Shown in pieces: positions 1 to 6,426 of a stretch of DNA of 12,049 nucleotides. The stretch comes from an uncultured cyanobacterium (GTDB lineage: Bacteria; Cyanobacteriota; Cyanobacteriia; Leptolyngbyales; Leptolyngbyaceae), in assembly GCA_963766075.1 (NCBI GenBank), contig CAVYAN010000112.1:1-12049 (forward strand). The letters are read 5' to 3'. Made by a program: the position numbers and the translations under genes. Below the pieces are notes generated by a model. The model had not been told where the DNA came from. It did not search any database and saw nothing but the letters and a program-made list of their open reading frames with translations. Numbering within the stretch: the stretch's first letter is position 1; every line of letters begins with the position of its first letter.

Positions 1-23
1 ATCCTGATAGGACCCTCTCAGTC

Positions 24-992
24 TCAGTCATCTTTAACCTGTTCCAAAAACCACTGTGAGTAAATCCCAATACTCTCGTTATCGATATGGATGGCATCCT
101 TGGTGCGGAAATGATTATGAGGATAGCGCGGCAGATATTTCCATTTTTCCGGAGGGAAGTATCTCGCAAAAGCCTGCCGCACCTGGTTTTTGCGCGGCGT
201 AGACTCCAGCAACGGACTGGTGGGCATCTCATAAAAAACCACCCGCACCCCCGCCTGCGTTAGTAACTGAACGCATTGGCTTAACTCATGCATGTGCCGC
301 TGTAATTGGTCATCCGGCAGCAAACGACTGTCATGCTCCCGCTGCTGCTCATAGCTCAACCGAAAGAGCGATGACGACTGGAGCTTTTCGGCATCACTCA
401 GAGGTTTTTCAGGCGGGTTAGTCCTCAGCGGTACGGGCAGGACTGCACCCGATCGCGGTGTTGAGAAGCCCGACCCCAGGGTTGAGAAGAGAGCCGAATC
501 CATGACCTGTTTAATCCCGGGGCTGAACACATTGGTCATTACAATCGCCAGGGGGTCATGCTGCTCACGAAAGGCCGGGACATACCGTTTTAGCAGTCCT
601 TTGGCAGGGTTGGCAAAGCCAGCGGTGAAGGCAGCATGTTCGCCCACTTCGACTTTGTTGATCTCGATAAAGACTGCACGGGGAAAAGTCGCCTTCGCCT
701 TCACCAAATTGAGCCCGACTATGGGGCCTTGACCAGGGAATGCCAAGTTAGAAAACTGTTCTGGCAGCACCAGATTAGCACTTAAAGAACTCCCCACTAA
801 CACCCGATCTTGGGGGGAATTGGTGTACAAATATTTCTCGGCGGCGATGCGGCTATGCTGCCAGAAATCCTTGCCCCAGGTTTCCACCGGCCTGACGTGA
901 ATCAATGCCGAGTAGAGCAGTGAAGCCGTCAAAAATACCGTCAGCGATCGCATTATCATGGGGGTCTCAACCGAGGATTTGCACCTGCTCAA
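24..992 (-). CDS. Membrane-anchored SGNH-hydrolase-like protein, probable partner of the MBOAT (AlgJ/AlgX/PatB/DltD-like acyl-transfer component)
   Basis: 322-aa ORF with an N-terminal hydrophobic segment (SLTVFLTASLLYSALIHV). SGNH-like blocks occur in the expected order: VLVGSSLS, NLAFPGQG, VFIEIN and C-terminal DAIH (DxxH). The TTG start overlaps the MBOAT stop (TTGA, 989-992). An alternative ATG lies at 959. Confidence 0.7.
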   Translation of the reverse strand: MSRCKSSVETPMIMRSLTVFLTASLLYSALIHVRPVETWGKDFWQHSRIAAEKYLYTNSPQDRVLVGSSLSANLVLPEQFSNLAFPGQGPIVGLNLVKAKATFPRAVFIEINKVEVGEHAAFTAGFANPAKGLLKRYVPAFREQHDPLAIVMTNVFSPGIKQVMDSALFSTLGSGFSTPRSGAVLPVPLRTNPPEKPLSDAEKLQSSSLFRLSYEQQREHDSRLLPDDQLQRHMHELSQCVQLLTQAGVRVVFYEMPTSPLLESTPRKNQVRQAFARYFPPEKWKYLPRYPHNHFRTKDAIHIDNESIGIYSQWFLEQVKDD

Positions 993-2422
993 AATTGGAA
1001 ATAAATAAATTCTTGGCTATTGCCACTGCTCATTGTGATCAGAAATAACAGGAGGCCAAAGACCACAGAGTCACATTTCCGTGTTGCCTCACGCAGGCGA
1101 TCGGGCAAAAGCTGCAAGGCATGATAACCAATTACAGGTGCCGAAAATAATAGGACGCCCGCAATAAACGTATAGTTCTCTTCCCCATGCCAACCCTGGG
1201 CAATGGCCTGGAAATACTGGATGGCATCCCCAAAATTAGGCAATTTGAACAAAAGCCAAGCGGCAGTGACATAGGTAAACACCCACAGAGCCTTCAACGG
1301 ATTGGGAACGTGAAAAGAAATATTCACCTTTCCGGATAGATCCACGATCGCCCGCTCCACCACCAACGCCATACCATGGGCAAGGCCCCAAACAGCAAAG
1401 CTCCAGGAAGCCCCGTGCCATAGGCCCCCCAGCACCATTGTTGTGAGGAGATTAACATAAGTCCGAGCCGTGCCCTGCCGATTTCCCCCCAGGGGAATGT
1501 AGAGGTATTCCTTGAGAAAGCTCGACAGAGAGATATGCCACCGCCGCCAGAATTCCGAAAAACTGGTTGAAATATAGGGAAAGTTGAAGTTGGCTTGCAG
1601 CCTATAGCCAAACAGTCCAGCTAAGCCCAAGGCAATTAATGAATACCCCGCAAAGTCTGCAAAAATCTGGATGGAGAATCCGAACAGTAGGGCGATCAGC
1701 GTCACGGAACCCAAGGTTTGAAACTGCGGAAACGCAATCCAATTCGTGATTTCTTTCAGATTATCTGCCACGACGGATTTCAAAAAGTACCCTATGACCA
1801 AATGGCGGAAGCAATAATTCAGGTCAATCTCAGAGTAGGTTTTCGCCGTAATTTGGGGCAAAAATTCTCGGGCCTTGAGAATGGGGCCTGCAATCAGATG
1901 CGGAAAAAAAGCAATAAACAACGCAATGCGCAGGGCGTATTCTTTCAGAGTTTTGGGCGCGATCGCGTCCGAACTCCGCTGGGACCGCTCTGGGTGACGG
2001 GCCGTCTCGCGGAAGGTATCCACCACCAAACTGATGCCCTCAAAGGTGAAAAACGAGATCCCGATCGGGAGTGGCAGGTGATATAGCCACCCGGCCCAGG
2101 ACTCAGAAGCCCCGATGCCTAAGGAACCGAGTAGAGATGCATATTTAAAGCCACACAGTAGGGCAAGGTTAACGCCGACCCCGGAGATGGCCCAAATCCT
2201 GGCCAGCCGGAGGGAATGGGCGCGGGCAATCAAAAAACTGGTGACGGCATTGATGGATATTGAAAAAATCAATAACAGCAGCAGCAGCGGGATTGACCAG
2301 GCATAGAATATGAAGCTGGCCAAGAGGAGGACGGGGACTTGATATTGTTTCTTGGGATATAAATAATAGACAAAAAACGTGATCCCCGCGAATACAAAAA
2401 ACTCAGTCGTTGTGAACAGCAT
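989..2422 (-). CDS. MBOAT family O-acyltransferase (AlgI/PatA/DltB-like)
   Basis: 477-aa polytopic membrane protein with family motifs LPLPIGISFFTFE, FFPHLIAGPI, QIFADFAGYS, FWRRWHISLSSFLKEYLYIPLGGNR, GGLWHGA (catalytic His) and C-terminal FIYFQF. Confidence 0.93.
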   Translation of the reverse strand: MLFTTTEFFVFAGITFFVYYLYPKKQYQVPVLLLASFIFYAWSIPLLLLLLIFSISINAVTSFLIARAHSLRLARIWAISGVGVNLALLCGFKYASLLGSLGIGASESWAGWLYHLPLPIGISFFTFEGISLVVDTFRETARHPERSQRSSDAIAPKTLKEYALRIALFIAFFPHLIAGPILKAREFLPQITAKTYSEIDLNYCFRHLVIGYFLKSVVADNLKEITNWIAFPQFQTLGSVTLIALLFGFSIQIFADFAGYSLIALGLAGLFGYRLQANFNFPYISTSFSEFWRRWHISLSSFLKEYLYIPLGGNRQGTARTYVNLLTTMVLGGLWHGASWSFAVWGLAHGMALVVERAIVDLSGKVNISFHVPNPLKALWVFTYVTAAWLLFKLPNFGDAIQYFQAIAQGWHGEENYTFIAGVLLFSAPVIGYHALQLLPDRLREATRKCDSVVFGLLLFLITMSSGNSQEFIYFQF

Positions 2423-2522
2423 GAAATTGGCAGGGGCAGGGGCGGGGGAAGATTAGGTCAATCCGCTTCAGACATTAAACACCTCAGAAGACATCGCAGA
2501 CGGGTCAGTCAGGCGGGGAAGG

Positions 2523-5126
2523 CTATTCGGGACTATTGTCCTCTGTCCAGGTCAAGAGCGGTTCCGTGACGGTGATAATCGTTTCCCCCGCATTGAGGGT
2601 AAACCGGGGCTGCCCTTTATCGTCCTTGGTCGCGATCGCCACGTCGTCAATCACCACCTGGGCCATTCGATGGGCACTGGTGACCACAGCCACTTCCGTC
2701 TCGGGAAAAGCAGGCACCATGCAGGCGACGGCATCGGTTTTCTTCGCCGAGAGCGCCATCTGGGTGCCCAGTTCTCCCAGAGCTGACAGACGCAGGCTCT
2801 TGATCAACATGCGCTTCACATACCCGGCCTCAGACACCAGCAAAAAGCCATCTGCCGTGCCCAGAACGGTGCAGCCTACCAGCTTGTCCTGCTTGCGCAG
2901 ACGCATGGCGATCGGCCCCTGGGCCGTGCGACTCAACACTGGCAGCACCGTCTCATTCACTTCCACCCGCAGCAGTCGTCCGGATGCCGTAGCCAACACC
3001 ACTTGGTCACCCCCTTCAACCAACCGGACAAAGGCCAACTGATCCCCTTCCTTAAGCTTTTGCAGCATCAAGCCCCGCGTCGTCAGCTCCTTCAAATCCG
3101 ACAGCGGCAACCGTTTGATCCGTCCTTGCTGGGTTACCACCAGCAAAAACGTCGTGTCAAAATCCACATCATCCGACAGGATAAAACTCCCGACCACGGC
3201 TCCGGGTTCCGCTTGGGCTGAGGGTGGCAATAATGTGACCAACGGCGTGCCTCGGGTATTGCGCCCCGTGGGTTGGGGAATATCCGCCACGTTGACCGGG
3301 TAGGCTTTGCCACTGCGGGTAAACACGACCAGGGTTTGGCGGGTGGTAGTGAACTCGGTTTGCGTCGTCAGATCTTCTCGGTCTTCTAGGGTTTTAGGGA
3401 GTGCCTCTCCCTGTTTCTTGGTTTGCTGGCGGGCATGGGTTTTGGGCAGAAGTCGCCGCACATAGCCCCGCTGGGTCAGTTCCACCACCACGTCTTGCGC
3501 CTCTTCTTCAAAGTCGAACAAGGTAGAAGCTTGCCCAGCGGCGGCTTTATCCGAGGCCGCAGCCTCCGCCGAGTCCGGTCCCGATTTGGCTCCTCGCCCA
3601 CTCCCCGCCCCTGCGGTCCCCGACTCCACCGTCACAATTCGCGTGCGGCGGGCGTCGCCAAATTGCTTCTTGAGTCCACGCAGATCTTTTTTGAGGGCCT
3701 TCAGCAGCTCTCGGCGATCGCCCAGAAGTCTTTGCAATTCAGCAATCTGCGCCAGGATTTCGTCATATTCCTGCTGGAGATTTTGCCGTTCCATGCCCGT
3801 CAAGCGCCGCAGCGGCATCGATAGGATCGCATCGGACTGGCGATCGCTAAATCCAAACCGTTCTTGAAACTGGATCTTGGCCGTGGTGCCATCCGGTGCA
3901 CCGCGCAAAATCGCGATAATCGCATCCAGATTCTCCAGAGCCGCAATCAACGCCTCTAAAACATGGGTGCGGCTTTCGGCTTTGGTCAGCTCGTTTTGGT
4001 AGCGGCGGGTGAGGGTCGTTTCCCGGAACTCTAGGAATTCCGTCAGCAGTTGCCGCAGAGTCATTTGGCGCGGACGACTTTCATCCAGCGCCAGCATGAT
4101 CGTGCCAAAGTTGCTCTGGAGGGCTGTTTGCTTGAATAAAAAGCCCAGAATCTTCTGGGGATTAATATCCCGCTTCAGCTCAATCACCACCCGGATGCCG
4201 TCGCGATCGCTCTCGTCCCGAATATCCGCAATCCCTTCGATCCGCCCCAGGGTGACCAGTTCCGCCACCTTTTCAATCCACGCCGACTTGTTCAACTGGT
4301 AGGGCAACTCAGTGACGATGATCGCCTGCCGCCGATGTTTTCCCCGCCCCACGTTGACTTCTTCCACCGAAGCCACACCCCGCATGGAAATGCTGCCGCG
4401 CCCCGTCAAATACGCCTCGCGAATCCCCTCGGTGCCAACAATTTCCGCTCCCGTTGGAAAATCAGGACCGGGAATTAACTCCAGCAGCTTTTCATCCGGC
4501 AAGGCCGGGTTATCGATCAGCGCGATCAGGCCATCCACCACTTCGTTCAGATTGTGGGGCGGAATATTCGTGGCCATGCCCACCGCAATACCGGAACTCC
4601 CGTTCAGGAGCAGAATGGGCAACTGTGCGGGCAGGACCGTCGGTTCCTGCTGGGAATTGTCAAAGTTCCCCGTAAACTCCACGGTGCCATCGCCAATTTC
4701 TGCCAGTAAGGCTTGGTTGCCCACCGCCGCCAACCGAGTTTCGGTGTATCGCATGGCCGCTGGGGGATCGTCGTCCACCGAGCCAAAGTTGCCATGGCCT
4801 GCCAGCAGTGGGTAGCGACTGGAAAAGTCCTGGACCAAGCGGACCAAGGCATCGTACACCGACTGGTCACCGTGGGGATGATACTTACCCAGCACATCCC
4901 CCACGACCCGCGCACATTTCCGGTAGGGGCGATCGGGGGTTAACCCCAACTCGTGCATCGCGTACAGAATGCGCCGATGCACCGGCTTGAGGCCATCGCG
5001 CACATCGGGCAGCGCCCGCCCGACAATCACGCTCATGGCGTATTCCAGGTAGGACTGCTGCATCTCGGTATGCAAGGCGGTGGCGATAATTTGTCCAGCG
5101 GGGAGCATATTGAGTTGCTTAGCCAT
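2523..5126 (-). CDS. gyrA: Type IIA DNA topoisomerase subunit A (second cyanobacterial GyrA paralog, probably ParC-like)
   Basis: 867 aa. Motifs [43 protein letters not shown] (catalytic Tyr127), [14 protein letters not shown] and PGPDFPTG, plus C-terminal beta-pinwheel-type repeats. There is no QRRGGKG GyrA-box. AAGGA lies 9 nt upstream of the ATG. Confidence 0.93.
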   Translation of the reverse strand: MAKQLNMLPAGQIIATALHTEMQQSYLEYAMSVIVGRALPDVRDGLKPVHRRILYAMHELGLTPDRPYRKCARVVGDVLGKYHPHGDQSVYDALVRLVQDFSSRYPLLAGHGNFGSVDDDPPAAMRYTETRLAAVGNQALLAEIGDGTVEFTGNFDNSQQEPTVLPAQLPILLLNGSSGIAVGMATNIPPHNLNEVVDGLIALIDNPALPDEKLLELIPGPDFPTGAEIVGTEGIREAYLTGRGSISMRGVASVEEVNVGRGKHRRQAIIVTELPYQLNKSAWIEKVAELVTLGRIEGIADIRDESDRDGIRVVIELKRDINPQKILGFLFKQTALQSNFGTIMLALDESRPRQMTLRQLLTEFLEFRETTLTRRYQNELTKAESRTHVLEALIAALENLDAIIAILRGAPDGTTAKIQFQERFGFSDRQSDAILSMPLRRLTGMERQNLQQEYDEILAQIAELQRLLGDRRELLKALKKDLRGLKKQFGDARRTRIVTVESGTAGAGSGRGAKSGPDSAEAAASDKAAAGQASTLFDFEEEAQDVVVELTQRGYVRRLLPKTHARQQTKKQGEALPKTLEDREDLTTQTEFTTTRQTLVVFTRSGKAYPVNVADIPQPTGRNTRGTPLVTLLPPSAQAEPGAVVGSFILSDDVDFDTTFLLVVTQQGRIKRLPLSDLKELTTRGLMLQKLKEGDQLAFVRLVEGGDQVVLATASGRLLRVEVNETVLPVLSRTAQGPIAMRLRKQDKLVGCTVLGTADGFLLVSEAGYVKRMLIKSLRLSALGELGTQMALSAKKTDAVACMVPAFPETEVAVVTSAHRMAQVVIDDVAIATKDDKGQPRFTLNAGETIITVTEPLLTWTEDNSPE

Positions 5127-5338
5127 GGGCGGGGTTCCTTACTGACTTGATGAAACCTGGACGACAATCGGATCCGGAGGCATTTAGCATAGGGGCAATT
5201 TGACGCTCAACGTGGGCAAAAATAGCGAGTGCGCGAGAATAGCCAGTGCACGAATCATGGCAAGTGCGCGAAAATGGCGCAGGAGAGTTATTGTTAGGGA
5301 GATTTAGGATGCCGTTAGCACAAGGAACCCCCAGCATG
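5124..5338. promoter_or_regulatory. Divergent promoter region between the topoisomerase gene and the response regulator, bounded by an inverted repeat
   Basis: Head-to-head genes. GGGGTTCCTT (5131-5140) is the exact reverse complement of AAGGAACCCC (5322-5331). No convincing -35/-10 pair could be assigned. Confidence 0.6.
5221..5280. repeat. Imperfect 17-18-bp direct repeat, 3 copies plus a partial copy
   Basis: AATAGCGAGTGCGCGAG (5221-5237), AATAGCCAGTGCACGAAT (5238-5255), CATGGCAAGTGCGCGAA (5256-5272), partial AATGGCGC (5273-5280). Shared core AGTGCRCGA. Confidence 0.8.
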
Positions 5339-5733
5339 AAAACCGTTTTAATTGTGGAGGATGACCTGATTAATGCACGGGTATTTTCTAAAATACTGAC
5401 CAAGCGGGGGGGCTCGCCGTTAAGCATACTGAAAATGTAGACGAGGTGATCCAAATTGCCCAGGCTAGGGGCGCGGATATTATCCTCATGGATGTCTCCC
5501 TGTCGCACAGCGTTTACCAGGGTAAGGCAGTAGATGGCATTAAGATCACCCAAATGTTGAAGGAAGATCCCAATACGGCAAATTTGCCGATTATTTTGGT
5601 GACGGCCCACGCGATGCAGGGCGATCGCGAAAGCTTTTTGGACCAGAGCGGCGCGGATGGCTATATTTCTAAGCCCGTCGTTGACCACCAAGCCTTTATC
5701 AATCAAATTATGGCGCTACTGCCCCAAGACTAA
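5336..5733 (+). pseudogene. divK: Single-domain (CheY/DivK-like) response regulator, frameshifted at a G7 run (real lesion or sequencing error)
   Basis: One frame gives MKTVLIVEDDLINARVFSKILTKRGG and then stops at 5438-5440. Another frame continues LAVKHTENVDEVIQIA...IILMDVSL...DGIKITQMLK...IILVTAHAMQGDRE...GADGYISKP. Adding one G to 5406-5412 yields an intact 132-aa receiver domain with the acidic pocket (EDD), phospho-Asp, Thr and Lys-Pro. The symbol reflects the usual annotation of this cyanobacterial family, not demonstrated function. Confidence 0.85.
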
Positions 5734-5806
5734 CCCCCCACGCCTGTGTCTTAACCCAGCCCGATAAATCTTGCGCATACACGACACACGCAGTACCCAC
5801 GCATGC

Positions 5807-5820
5807 AGTACAAAAGTACC
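5807..5820. promoter_or_regulatory. Candidate cyanobacterial LexA (SOS) box
   Basis: AGTACAAAAGTACC matches the cyanobacterial LexA consensus RGTACNNNDGTWCB at every position. It is intergenic and ends 45 nt upstream of the ATG at 5866. Confidence 0.55.
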
Positions 5821-5865
5821 ATGACAGCACTATAGCCCAGATCTGAACCGAGAGGACATTTTTCC

Positions 5866-6192
5866 ATGACGACCCCCGCCGCTTCGACCGCAACGCCCAC
5901 TCCCGATGAATCCTGGCTCTCAGAGGGCAAGTGGCATCTCGTTTCGGTGGTGCCCTGGGGCCGGGAAGCCTTTTGCACCCAACTCACCCTGATCTCGGAA
6001 CAACACCCCACCGAGGAAACGGGCATCTTGCGGTTTCAACCCTGCACCAGTGCGGATTTTGCCAGCTATGTCCTGCTCCAAATTGCCGACATGGGCCTTG
6101 CGCAGAACCGGATCCGCCAAGTCATCCATTTCCAATCCATCGAACGTCGCCCCATGAAGCTGGGGGATGTGAAGCGAATGTTAGACCTTTAG
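5866..6192 (+). CDS. Small hypothetical protein, probable stand-alone NusG N-terminal (NGN)-like domain
   Basis: 108-aa ORF with AGAGGA (5851-5856) upstream. Segments KWHLVSV..GRE, ILRFQP, FASYVLLQI, IRQVIHFQSI and RPMKLGDVKRML are co-linear with NusG NGN motifs. The gene itself is well supported; the fold assignment is by eye only. Confidence 0.7.
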   Translation: MTTPAASTATPTPDESWLSEGKWHLVSVVPWGREAFCTQLTLISEQHPTEETGILRFQPCTSADFASYVLLQIADMGLAQNRIRQVIHFQSIERRPMKLGDVKRMLDL

Positions 6193-6209
6193 GCGCAGGC
6201 TGAACCCAC

Positions 6210-6306
6210 AGGCGCTCGTTAGTCAAGGCGCTCGTTAGTCAAGGCACAGTCAGCTAAGGCACAGTCAGCTAAGGCACAGTCAGCTAAGGCACAGTCAGCT
6301 AAGGCA
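6210..6306. repeat. Composite tandem repeat: 2 x 16 bp followed by 4.4 x 15 bp
   Basis: AGGCGCTCGTTAGTCA x2 (6210-6241), AAGGCACAGTCAGCT x4 exact (6241-6300), then AAGGCA (6301-6306). Confidence 0.97.
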
Positions 6307-6426
6307 AACGTTGCGCCACTTCCCCTTTGTGCCAAAACATAGCAGAATGAACATTTATTAAGGCTTGATTGATGCGATCAGGTGGCGATCGGGTCGGGTT
6401 GGCTGTTAGGGAGGAGAACGCGGGTT

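Noticed and set aside
2536..4990. Many plus-strand ORFs of 60-168 aa opposite the topoisomerase gene (and similar ones opposite glgA, murJ and the WD40 gene)
   Set aside because: These are expected antisense or alternate-frame ORFs in GC-rich coding DNA, with no motifs or RBS support.
5200..5210. Palindrome TTGACGCTCAA as an FNR/CRP site or -35 element
   Set aside because: The spacing does not fit TTGAT-N4-ATCAA, and there is no good -10 hexamer 16-18 bp away on either strand.
5119..5706. 195-aa minus-strand ORF
   Set aside because: It is the antisense shadow of the response regulator and has no recognisable motifs.
5246..5733. Two separate small genes (64 aa and 95 aa)
   Set aside because: They are the N- and C-terminal parts of one receiver domain joined by a single-base indel.
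6210..6306. Mini-CRISPR interpretation of the repeat array
   Set aside because: The units are 15-16 bp, directly abutting with no unique spacers, and there are no cas genes in the window.
6382..6426. N-terminal extension of GlgA from GTG 6382
   Set aside because: A strong SD precedes ATG 6427 and the family-typical N-terminus begins there.
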